From assembly GCA_965221165.1 (NCBI GenBank), contig CBDCRP010000003.1, forward strand, positions 1,568,001-1,632,000: a stretch of DNA of 64,000 bases, in the 5' to 3' direction. Of the stretch, positions 50,620 to 59,442 are shown in pieces (positions within the stretch are counted from its first letter, which is position 1; every line of letters starts with the position of its first letter). Source of the stretch: a bacterium (GTDB taxonomy: Bacteria > UBA8248). Made by a program: the position numbers and the translations under genes. The notes under the pieces are model-generated. The model did no database searches and had not been told where the DNA came from. It was given only the letters and a program-made list of their open reading frames with translations.

Positions 50620-51828
50620 ATGAGTCGAACAGCGTGGGACGCCATCGTGGTCGGGGGCGGCATACTCGGTCTTTCCACCGCCATGGAGATCACCCGCCGC
50701 CACCCCGAAAAGCGCGTCCTCGTCCTCGAGAAAGAAGCCGGCGTCGGCCGCCACCAGTCGCTCCACAACAGCGGCGTGATCCATGCGGGACTCTACTACC
50801 GCCCAGGCTCGCTCAAGGCGAAAACCTGCGTGGAGGGCGCGGCCGCCATGGTGCGCTTCGCGCAGGAGCACGGAATCGACCACGAAATCTGCGGCAAGGT
50901 GGTCGTCGCCACGAACGAGGCGGAAATCCCACGGCTCGAGGAACTACGCCGCCGGGGCGAGGCCAACGGCATCGAGAACATCGAGGTTCTGGGGCCCGAG
51001 GCGCTCGGGGAAATCGAACCCCACGCCTGGGGCGTCAAGGCCCTTCGGGTGCCCTCCACGGGCATCATCGACTATGGCGCCGTCGTGCGCGCCTATGCCC
51101 GCATCATCGAGGCGGGGGGACAGAAGATACAGACCTCAGCGCAAGTCACCGGAATCAGCATCGCAAGGGGAGAAAAACGGGTCGAAACCACGGCGGGGGA
51201 TTTCGGCGGAAAACTCATCGTCAACTGCGCGGGGCTTTACGCCGATAGAATCGCCAGGCTCGCGGGCGGTGCGCCGCCGATGAAGATCGTGCCCTTTCGC
51301 GGCGAGTATTACGAACTCACGCCCGGGCGCCGCGCGCTCGTCAAGAGCCTGATCTACCCGGTGCCCGACCCGGCGTTTCCCTTCCTGGGCGTACACTTCA
51401 CCCGCCGCGTGAACGGGAGCGTGGAAGCCGGGCCGAACGCCGTTTTGGCCTACATGCGAGAGGGTTATACGAAAACCAGAATCAACCCCTACGACCTGCT
51501 CGAAACCCTCACCTACCCCGGCTTCCTGAAGCTGGCCCGGAAATACTGGAAGGTGGGTCTGGGCGAGATGGTCCGCTCCATGAGCAAAGCCGCCTTCACG
51601 CGGGCGCTGCAAAAGCTAATCCCTGAGATTCGGGAATCGGACCTCGTGCCCGCAGGCGCGGGCGTTCGCGCGCAGGCGGTGAACAGGGACGGCGGCCTGC
51701 TCGATGATTTCTCCATCATCAGGACGGAGGGCGCGGTCCACGTGTGCAACGCCCCTTCGCCGGGGGCGACGGCATCCTTGATGATAGGCCGCGCCATCGC
51801 GGACATGGCGGAGGAGATGGCGGGCTGA
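50620..51828 (+). CDS. lhgO: L-2-hydroxyglutarate oxidase
   Basis: GGGILG, HQSLHNSGVIHAG, PFRGEYY, YPVPDPAFPFLGVH, NAPSPGATAS. Confidence 0.85.
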   Translation: MSRTAWDAIVVGGGILGLSTAMEITRRHPEKRVLVLEKEAGVGRHQSLHNSGVIHAGLYYRPGSLKAKTCVEGAAAMVRFAQEHGIDHEICGKVVVATNEAEIPRLEELRRRGEANGIENIEVLGPEALGEIEPHAWGVKALRVPSTGIIDYGAVVRAYARIIEAGGQKIQTSAQVTGISIARGEKRVETTAGDFGGKLIVNCAGLYADRIARLAGGAPPMKIVPFRGEYYELTPGRRALVKSLIYPVPDPAFPFLGVHFTRRVNGSVEAGPNAVLAYMREGYTKTRINPYDLLETLTYPGFLKLARKYWKVGLGEMVRSMSKAAFTRALQKLIPEIRESDLVPAGAGVRAQAVNRDGGLLDDFSIIRTEGAVHVCNAPSPGATASLMIGRAIADMAEEMAG

Positions 51829-51860
51829 CCCCCTATATGCCCCAAGAGGGGGAATTATCA

Positions 51861-51940
51861 TATAAAGACATATATATCAACAGGTTAAATTTTCCGATAT
51901 TTTCACTTATTTTTCACTTATTTTTCGAATTTTTCACCCA
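51861..51940 (+). repeat. Dispersed element, partial copy 3, with IHF consensus
   Basis: TATCAACAGGTTA (51875-51887) followed by phased TTTTCACTTA units. Confidence 0.55.
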
Positions 51941-52171
51941 TTCCGCGCGATCATCATGACGGTAAATGGAGGGTCAAACCCGACCGATGAGGGAGGGTTT
52001 GCGCCTTTCGTAGGTCGGACATATATGTCTGCCACCTGCGTGTCCGCCCACACATATATGCGTCCCGCGCCCCTTCGCCCCCAAAACATGGGCCGATGGG
52101 GTGGACGCCCCCTTCCGGCAGCATCAGAATGTGGCGAGATGACGTCACACACCGCCCGGAAGGAGGCATCC

Positions 52172-53197
52172 ATGGAAGGAGTCTACATCATCGGTATCGA
52201 TCTGGCGAAACACAGCTTTCAACTCCACGGCGCGCGGGCGGGCGGTTCGGTCGCGTTCCGCAAGAAGCTCGGCAGGACGAGGATACTGGGCTTTCTGGCG
52301 TCGCAGCCGCGTTGCGTGGTGGCGATGGAGGCGTGCGCGGGCGCGCACCATTGGGGCCGGGCGATCGGGCGGCTCGGTCACGAGGTGAGGCTGGTGCCGC
52401 CGCTCTACGTGAAGCCCTTCGTGAAGCGCCACAAGAACGACGCGGCGGACGCGGAGGCGATCTGCGAGGCGGCCACTCGGGCGACGATGCGCTTCGTGGC
52501 GGTGAAGAGCGAAGCGCAGCAGGCCCAGGGGATGCTGTTCCGCACGCGCGATTTGCTGGTTCGCCAGAAGACGCAGACGATCAACGCGTTGCGGGGTCAC
52601 CTGGCGGAGTTCGGGGTCGTCGCGCCGCAGGGGCCTGTGGGCCTCACGCGGTTGGCGGCGGCGGTTCGTGGAGCGGAATCGGGGCTGCCCGTGGCGGTTC
52701 GGGAGTTGGGCGAGATTTTTCTGGAGCAAATCGCCGGTCTGAGCCGGAAGCTCGGGGAGTTGGACAGTCAGCTTCGCGCGAGCGCCTGCGCGGACGAAGA
52801 GGCGCGGCGTCTGATGCGGGTTCCGGGAATCGGTCCGGTAACGGCGTCGGCGCTGCGGGCCTTCGCGCCTCCGATGGAGAGCTTCCGGCGGGGACGGGAC
52901 TTCTCCGCCTGGCTGGGTCTGGTCCCCCGGCAGCACTCCACGGGGGGCAAGGCGCGCCTGGGGAGGGTATCGAAGATGGGGCAGCGTGACGTGAGGCGGC
53001 TGTTGATCACGGGCGCGATGTCGGTGATTCGCCAGGCGGTCCGGCGCGGCGCGCCGCCGGGTTCGTGGTTGGCCCGGATGCTCGCGCGCAAACCGAGGAT
53101 GCTCGTCGCGGTGGCGCTGGCCAACAAAATCGCACGCGTCGCCTGGGCGCTGATGAAGAACAAGGACGACTACAGGGAACCGGCGCCCCTCGTCTGA
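52172..53197 (+). CDS. IS110-family transposase/recombinase
   Basis: IGIDLAK, MEAC, KNDAADAEAI (DEDD), VPGIGP, WLGLVPRQHSTGGK, VALANKIAR. Confidence 0.95.
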   Translation: MEGVYIIGIDLAKHSFQLHGARAGGSVAFRKKLGRTRILGFLASQPRCVVAMEACAGAHHWGRAIGRLGHEVRLVPPLYVKPFVKRHKNDAADAEAICEAATRATMRFVAVKSEAQQAQGMLFRTRDLLVRQKTQTINALRGHLAEFGVVAPQGPVGLTRLAAAVRGAESGLPVAVRELGEIFLEQIAGLSRKLGELDSQLRASACADEEARRLMRVPGIGPVTASALRAFAPPMESFRRGRDFSAWLGLVPRQHSTGGKARLGRVSKMGQRDVRRLLITGAMSVIRQAVRRGAPPGSWLARMLARKPRMLVAVALANKIARVAWALMKNKDDYREPAPLV

Positions 53198-53459
53198 GCG
53201 GCGGGCGCGCGGATAGAACCGGGAGGAATGTGGGCAGGCCACAGGAGGAGTAAGGGCAAACGGTCTTCGAGACGGGGTCGGGGAAACCAGTTACATGCGA
53301 CGAGTGAAGCACCAAGCTCGCCGGGTCGATTCGGACCCGACCCACTCATCTCCATACGGGCCCGCGGCCAGGATGAAGCGCCGCAACCAAGAGGCCGAAT
53401 GTACGACTGAGCCGGACCGCTTTGCGCCGAACCCTCCGAAGAAACCGCTTGCATTCTGA
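53198..53459 (+). ncRNA. Putative bridge/seek RNA region of the IS1111-type element
   Basis: Non-coding ~260 bp 3' of the transposase containing TACATGCG (reverse complement of the target flank) and ATGTACG (matches the donor end). Confidence 0.7.
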
Positions 53460-53551
53460 GGGGGCGTCCATGTACGCATGTATGCCGCCCCTACGATCAA
53501 ACCCGACTGATAAAGGAGGATTTGCAGCCCGGTGGAGGCGTCGCGCTCCTT

Positions 53552-54868
53552 TTAATACTCGAACACCGTGGGGCCGTCCACTTTTTCGGTCAGCGCAGAG
53601 GCGGCGGCGCGGGCGGCTCCGAGGCGCCATTCGCGCTCGGCCTCGGGCGTCCGGGAGGGGTCGCCGAATGGATGGTGAAAATGCCCGGCGCGGTTGTTGA
53701 CGATGCGGTTGACCCCGATGTCGCGCGCCACGTCGGGCAAACAGGTGACGATGACGGTGGGGATGCTCTCCCGCTCCAAGGCTCTCGCCAGCGCAGCCCC
53801 GCTGCGCGTGCCGGTTCCTCACGTGGCGGGGAGCACGACGCCCTCTACCCCGGCCTTTTTGAGTTCGGCGGCCCAGGCGCGGCCGATGCCGTCCATCTCG
53901 GCGAAGGCGCCGCCGTTCCCGCAGGTGCTCAGGAAATCATCGTGGAGTTCAGCGATTTCACCCTCGCCCTCGAGCCGCCGGAAGGCGTCCACGGCGAGCA
54001 TGCGGTCGGGCTCCTCGTTCACGAACACGGTGTTGAAGCCGCCGTGGATCGAGATGAAGGCGCCGCCCGAAAGGGCGTCTTTCCCCTCGAATGAGTAGGT
54101 GGCCCAGTTCTCGTTTCTCGAGCCAGCGAAGCGATCCGGGTTGCCGGGGGGGACCATGCCGCCTTCGGATACGATGGCAATGCGGGCTTTCTTGAGATCG
54201 GGGATCGGCTTAGGCGGAGCTATCTCTTCCAGAACGGGAACTTCGAGTTCGGTCTGGTAGGGCTCGCCCCTGATTTTTTTGAGGACCATATCGACGGCGC
54301 GCCGCGAAGTCGGAAGCTCGGCGATTTCGTTGTAGCGGATGCCGCGCGGGAGGTAGCCTTCCTCGGCGGCGTTTCCGACCCTCTCGCCCCGGGCGAGCTT
54401 GAGCCCCAGGCGGGCGGCGGCTTCCAGGGCCGCTTCCATCCCGGCGGCGGACTCTGCGGCGGAGACGGTGTGAACGCTGGTTCCGGCGGCGGGGAAGCCC
54501 GGATTCTCAGGGTGCATGGCGGTGACGACGGGAACGCCCGCCTCCTGCCCGGCGCGGCAGACGGCGGCGCAGGCGAGCCCGTAGCGCCCCGCGTTGAAAG
54601 CGGGCCCGGCGAGTAAGAGATCGGGAGAAAATTCCAGAATCCGCGCGATGGCCTCGGCGGCGCAGGTTTTTTCGTTTTCGGCGAAAAGACCATCGCCCGC
54701 GAAGACGGTAGCGATAACTTCGGCGTCCTCATTCAGTATCTTATCGAGCAATACGCCGGGGCCGACCGGGCCGGGCCGGGAGGATACGGGATGATCGCTC
54801 ATCTCCTCGCCCCCGACGCCTGCGAAGAACTGGTTCAAGTAGTGAACGACCCGAAGTTTACCGCTCAT
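53552..54868 (-). CDS. grdB: Glycine/sarcosine/betaine reductase selenoprotein B (UGA at 53819-53821)
   Basis: VVHYLNQFFAGVGGEE, GPAFNAGRYG, IHGGF; VLPAT-U-GTGTRSGA in frame with the downstream ORF; hairpin GCGCAGC-GGG-GCTGCGC starting about 11 nt after UGA. Confidence 0.88.
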
Positions 54869-54928
54869 GGCCTGGCCTCCTGATATGAACTCATTCAAAT
54901 ACATATTCGGAATAAGTAGTTATGGGCT

Positions 54929-55210
54929 TTAATCGATATACCTGAAAATGTGCGCCTGTTCGATCGTAATTTTGCCTTCGAGCCAAATGTAGGATTTGCT
55001 AAAGATTTTATCAAACGCTTCACGTGCTCGCTTTGACGTTGCTGGAGATTGTAGCTTTCTGTTTCCCCAGCAGAATAACCAGCATATTCGTTGAGGTATC
55101 CCTTTTTTATTCCATCTAGTACCAATGCCTTTTTGGAACGTTTTGTGGGTAATTCCTGAGAAGATTTTGATTGCTTCTCGTTCTGAAACTTTCATTCTAA
55201 TCATTCTCAA
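54929..55210 (-). CDS. Small AT-rich hypothetical protein inserted in the grd cluster
   Basis: 93-aa ORF, AAGGGGG upstream, no recognisable family. Confidence 0.4.
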   Translation of the reverse strand: MRMIRMKVSEREAIKIFSGITHKTFQKGIGTRWNKKGIPQRICWLFCWGNRKLQSPATSKRAREAFDKIFSKSYIWLEGKITIEQAHIFRYID

Positions 55211-55360
55211 CCCCCTTATCCGTTGCTCCTAATACCAGGTAATAAAGGCTGCACAAGGCCCTTGTGAGACCATCCGTCTATCCGCGAGAGACGCCGCCTA
55301 ACTATGAACCGCCCCGCATTTTCCGCCGTTTCTCGGTAATTCACGAGGACGCCCCCGACC

Positions 55361-56647
55361 TCAATACGCCTTGCCCACCATGTTGTTGATGTCCTTCGCC
55401 CATTCGCTGGCGTAGTAGTCGCTGTCGGCCAGGGTGAAGGCCTCGCGGACGTTGCATCTCTTGCCGTTGTAGAATTCGACGACCTCGGAGCCGATGACCC
55501 GCTCCACCGCGGGGGCGGCGATGCGCTCACCCTGCATGCCTTTGGAAATGACGGCGTCGGCCTCGGGCACATGAAAGACGAGCGGGAACTCGCCCGACCC
55601 CGGCCGGCCCACCTCGTAGATGATCGGAACGGCGCTCACGCCCATCTGCTCGAGCGCCTGGACGGTGAGCCAGTAGTCCACCGTGGAGTTGCCGCCGCCC
55701 TCGAAGGCGAGAACCGTGCCGTCGGCATTGAGGAGCGCGGCGAGCTTGGCCACGTATTGCGCCGAGCGCTCCTTGAGCGCCTGGTTGTCGTGGTGGCCGC
55801 GCGTGATGACCATGCCCGCGAAATTGAGGTCCACACCGTGGCGGCGGTAGAGTTCGTATATGAGCGGCATGTTGCAGTGCAGGTAGGTCGGCGCCTTTTG
55901 CTGCGTCTTGTAATTCGCCCCCACCACCGCGCCGTCGAGCATCTCGTTCGGGTGGATGAGCGTGGGAAGCGAATCCCCCAGATTCTTGCCGTACATGAAG
56001 GTCTGGACCATGGACGCCTGGTGCATGACCTGATCGACGAAAACAACCCGGGGCAGATCGGGCGCGGCGTCCCCGAGTTCGAACGTCTCAAAGCTCTCTG
56101 GTTCGAGTTCCGCCGTGTGCTCGGCCAGCCGGGATGCGATCTTCAGCGTCGCCAGGCGCACGGCATCGTCATGCGCTTCGTTCGAGGCGCCTTCCAGCGG
56201 CTCGTAGCAGGCGACGAGATTCGCGGTCTCCGAATTCGTGCAGTGCACGGCGCCGGGACCGGACATATCGATAATCCCTTCGCGAAAGCTCATGATGCCC
56301 GTCATGGGACCTAAGAAATGGGTGGAGCTGATGACGCACATACCGGCAAGCTTGTGGGTGCGGCCGGCGCCTGCGGTCTTCGCCGGACCGAGGAATCCGG
56401 GGAAAGCGCATGAGCGCCCGCTTACCTTGTAGAGAGGCTCCACAGCGTCTAAGACGTTGGTGATCCGCACCGAATCGCCCGGCATGGCGGCGTGAAAGCC
56501 GACGTCCTTGAGAGCGCCGTCTTCGAGCGCCAGTCTGCGGAGCTCATCGGCATCCACGGTGAGCGTATTGTCTTTGTATTCGAAGCGCTTTCCGAGGATG
56601 ATTTTTGATACGGGAAATATACCCATCTCCAGTCGCATGGACATCAT
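55361..56647 (-). CDS. Glycine/sarcosine/betaine reductase component B subunit (GrdE/GrdG/GrdI family)
   Basis: MRLEMG, PGDSVRI, EGIIDMSGPGA, PTLIHPNEMLDGA, EGGGN. Confidence 0.85.
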   Translation of the reverse strand: MMSMRLEMGIFPVSKIILGKRFEYKDNTLTVDADELRRLALEDGALKDVGFHAAMPGDSVRITNVLDAVEPLYKVSGRSCAFPGFLGPAKTAGAGRTHKLAGMCVISSTHFLGPMTGIMSFREGIIDMSGPGAVHCTNSETANLVACYEPLEGASNEAHDDAVRLATLKIASRLAEHTAELEPESFETFELGDAAPDLPRVVFVDQVMHQASMVQTFMYGKNLGDSLPTLIHPNEMLDGAVVGANYKTQQKAPTYLHCNMPLIYELYRRHGVDLNFAGMVITRGHHDNQALKERSAQYVAKLAALLNADGTVLAFEGGGNSTVDYWLTVQALEQMGVSAVPIIYEVGRPGSGEFPLVFHVPEADAVISKGMQGERIAAPAVERVIGSEVVEFYNGKRCNVREAFTLADSDYYASEWAKDINNMVGKAY

Positions 56648-56656
56648 CGCCCCCCA

Positions 56657-57109
56657 CTACCCCGCCGTGCGCATATCGGCGAGGTCACTCTCGATCTGCG
56701 GTAGATCGAGCACCATTTCCATCATGAGAAGTTTATCGGCGTAAAGGTCCTCTGGAACCTGGGACCGCACCTTCTCTTCTAAGATGTGAAAAACGGGGAG
56801 TCCCAACGAGACTCCCGCCAGGGGCCCGGCCCAACTGGGGTCCCCGGTGGTCAGCGTTTCGGCCGCGAGCCGAAGGCCTTCACCGGGCATTCCCAATACC
56901 ACCATCAAATTCTCCGGCCCGACCTCATCCGCAATCGATTTGATGGCGGCCTGGTTTTCCAGGTCCATGGCGCCTGCGGAGGTTCAGACGAAACACTCCG
57001 TCTTCTGGAACACGACCTCCGCTCCCGCCGCCTCGAGGCATTCGGCAATCAGCGGACCGGGAACGCCGTCCCGCTCGCCCAGCGCAATCACCTTCTTGCC
57101 TTTGAACAT
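56657..57109 (-). CDS. grdA: Glycine/sarcosine/betaine reductase selenoprotein A (UGA at 56984-56986)
   Basis: [60 protein letters not shown]; GGAGG RBS; hairpin CCTGG-AAAA-CCAGG. Confidence 0.92.
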
Positions 57110-57146
57110 GAACATCCTCCCGCTTGCACACAAAAAAACGAACGAA

Positions 57147-58565
57147 TCACCCTTCTATCAATACCGAAGCCCCGTCGGCCTGCTGGGACATCCGGCCCAG
57201 AAACAGACTTCCTTTCGCCACAACCATTGTACTCCGAAGGAGGCCGGCCCGCATCCTCTTAAGAGCGTGGCCGAGAAAGGGAACCCCTGCGGGGATGTGC
57301 CCCTGCGTAGGCGCGAATCCGGGCATCCCGTGCGCCTCGATAAAATCCGGAATCTCCTCGCGGGCTATTTCCCCGTCCATGACCGCCATGGCGGCCAGCA
57401 TTCTGTAATTCGCAGCCGCGACGTCTCCCGCCCCCGCAGGCAGCATGACCTCGGGGTTATGCAGTTCGACGGCGTACTTATCGACGCTGGTCAACTTGCG
57501 CCCGGCCCGGGCCAGTGGGTCCCGCACCAGAGCCTCCGCCAACCCTTGCGGCGTGGAGGGCTTCCCCGCCGCGTGGCGTCCCGCGATTTCAAGATTCACA
57601 CGGGGGCTATCCTTTGAATCACGGGAGAGAAAGAAAGCCACCCCGCCCAATACATCTTCTAAAACGGGCATCTCTTTTTCCAGATGGTAGTACGCCTTCA
57701 TCCCGAGCTTCGCCATCGAGCCGCCTCCTACGACGACGGCGTTTCCGAGGACGCCCGCCTGAATCAGGGCCGCCGCGTGTATGAGCGCGTACACCGGAGC
57801 CGCGCAGAAAGACTTCACGTCGACGCCGGCGGCATTCACGCAACCCGCCATCTCGGCGATGGCCTTGGCGAGATTGCCTCCACCGCGATTGTAGCGATCC
57901 CCGACCGCCTCCTCGGAGCAACTAATGACGTACTCTATCGCGTCCGGTGCGATGTTTTCGCGCACGAGAAGGCGGCTGAGAGCGTATGCGCCGCTGGCCT
58001 TGGCCGCCAGGTTTTCCAGAAGAATACGGGCATCAAGCGATTCGTCGGAATCATGATCGCGGCGAATGCACCCCATGAGGCCTTTATTCTGAAAAAGAGG
58101 CAGGGCCTCCCCTCGCTCGATGCGCCGGAAAATGTCTTCTTGACGATGTTCCTTTAGGGGTTTTTCTCTTTTGAGAAGTGCGGAGGCGGATTCCGAACAT
58201 GCGATACCCGGAACATGACGCTCCGCATCGAGCATGATCAATCCGAATTGATCGGCCGCTTCTAGAAGGGAGTAGAAAGAATCCTGCGGGAGGATTTCCC
58301 CGAAAGCGCCCTCAGGCGAAGCGCCTGCGAGGGAATTCTCGTACCAGGGCGAAGAAATTTCGCTTAAATTCTCGGGAGGAAGATTGCCGATGAAAGCCTG
58401 ATTCGGCGCATAGCCGACTGCTTCGTCAAAAGACCTGAGATCGGCGAATACGTCGCCTGGCGCCTGATCCCTCCTTGAAGTTTCGCGCCAGGGTTTCGAG
58501 CCGTAGCGAACCAGATCGGGAACATGAACGAGAACGTTCGCCGCCGCACGTAGATACGCAGTCAT
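57147..58565 (-). CDS. grdC: Glycine/sarcosine/betaine reductase component C subunit beta
   Basis: [68 protein letters not shown]. Confidence 0.88.
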   Translation of the reverse strand: MTAYLRAAANVLVHVPDLVRYGSKPWRETSRRDQAPGDVFADLRSFDEAVGYAPNQAFIGNLPPENLSEISSPWYENSLAGASPEGAFGEILPQDSFYSLLEAADQFGLIMLDAERHVPGIACSESASALLKREKPLKEHRQEDIFRRIERGEALPLFQNKGLMGCIRRDHDSDESLDARILLENLAAKASGAYALSRLLVRENIAPDAIEYVISCSEEAVGDRYNRGGGNLAKAIAEMAGCVNAAGVDVKSFCAAPVYALIHAAALIQAGVLGNAVVVGGGSMAKLGMKAYYHLEKEMPVLEDVLGGVAFFLSRDSKDSPRVNLEIAGRHAAGKPSTPQGLAEALVRDPLARAGRKLTSVDKYAVELHNPEVMLPAGAGDVAAANYRMLAAMAVMDGEIAREEIPDFIEAHGMPGFAPTQGHIPAGVPFLGHALKRMRAGLLRSTMVVAKGSLFLGRMSQQADGASVLIEG

Positions 58566-58755
58566 ATCACCCGCCACAAAAGGAGGAAGGAAAGACAAAA
58601 GGGGCATTCGTACCGGAAATTACATGCAGCATCATCTCACTTGGGAAAAACCATTCACCACACGTTTTTTTCAGCGTCCGCCCTGTTTTCCCACAAACGC
58701 ATCCAGGCCGGGGTTTCATCATAAAGGTCGGCCCGAGGGTTGCCGGAAAACCCCA

Positions 58756-59433
58756 TCAGCCCCCGGGCCGGTAGGCGCTCTCGGAGGGGTCGGACTTTCG
58801 CCACCGGCGGAGGAGCTTTCCACCCCGGTAGGCCGCCTCGTAGGGGCCACCGGGCGTCAATACCACGAGGGGCTTTTTCCGTCTGCTCATCTTCTGGCGA
58901 TAGAGCCTGCTTTGCTCGATATACAGTTTGCGCTCTGCGGGCAGCAGTTCGAAAAACCGGTTAAAAAACCCCAAGAATTCACCGACGAATTTTTTCGTCG
59001 CCACGCGGTGGCGATCCACGAGGTAGCACTTCCCCTCCAGCACCCGGTTGTAGACCAGGCCCAGAAGATTCTCCTCAGTATCGAAATAGGGTTCATAGGG
59101 AAACGTGCGGCACGAGACGGAGCGGTTTTCCCGCTCGCAATGCGCTACGCCCCGGCATTCGATGAAAACGCTCTGCTCCGCGTCGACTTCTTCTACCAGC
59201 GCGAGTTCGGATGGCGAGCGCGGCCTGAACTCATGCCAAAGCCGCGTGCGGGGTTTGAGAAACTTCCACTCCTCGCGGTAGGCGACGGGAACCACCCAGC
59301 CCGAATCACAGCAAAAAGGAACCCCCTCGTTGAAGGGCGCGCACTTTTTCCCGCAGTCGAACCGCGCGGGCGGACTCGCAAAGCCCGAGTAGAGGGCCTC
59401 GAAGTCCTTTGGCCGCAAGCGCGTCTTGTTCAT
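58756..59433 (-). CDS. Cys-rich hypothetical protein (YkgJ/CxxCxxCC-like)
   Basis: DCGKKC, FCCD, ECRG..HC, SCRTFPY. Confidence 0.6.
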   Translation of the reverse strand: MNKTRLRPKDFEALYSGFASPPARFDCGKKCAPFNEGVPFCCDSGWVVPVAYREEWKFLKPRTRLWHEFRPRSPSELALVEEVDAEQSVFIECRGVAHCERENRSVSCRTFPYEPYFDTEENLLGLVYNRVLEGKCYLVDRHRVATKKFVGEFLGFFNRFFELLPAERKLYIEQSRLYRQKMSRRKKPLVVLTPGGPYEAAYRGGKLLRRWRKSDPSESAYRPGG

Positions 59434-59442
59434 CTTTTCTCT

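Larger units (their letters stand above)
52094..53476 (+). mobile_element. IS110-family (IS1111 group) insertion sequence
   Basis: Subterminal IR TGGACGCCCCC (52102-52112) / GGGGGCGTCCA (53460-53470); CG core at both ends; inserted in a REP-like palindrome. Confidence 0.85.
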
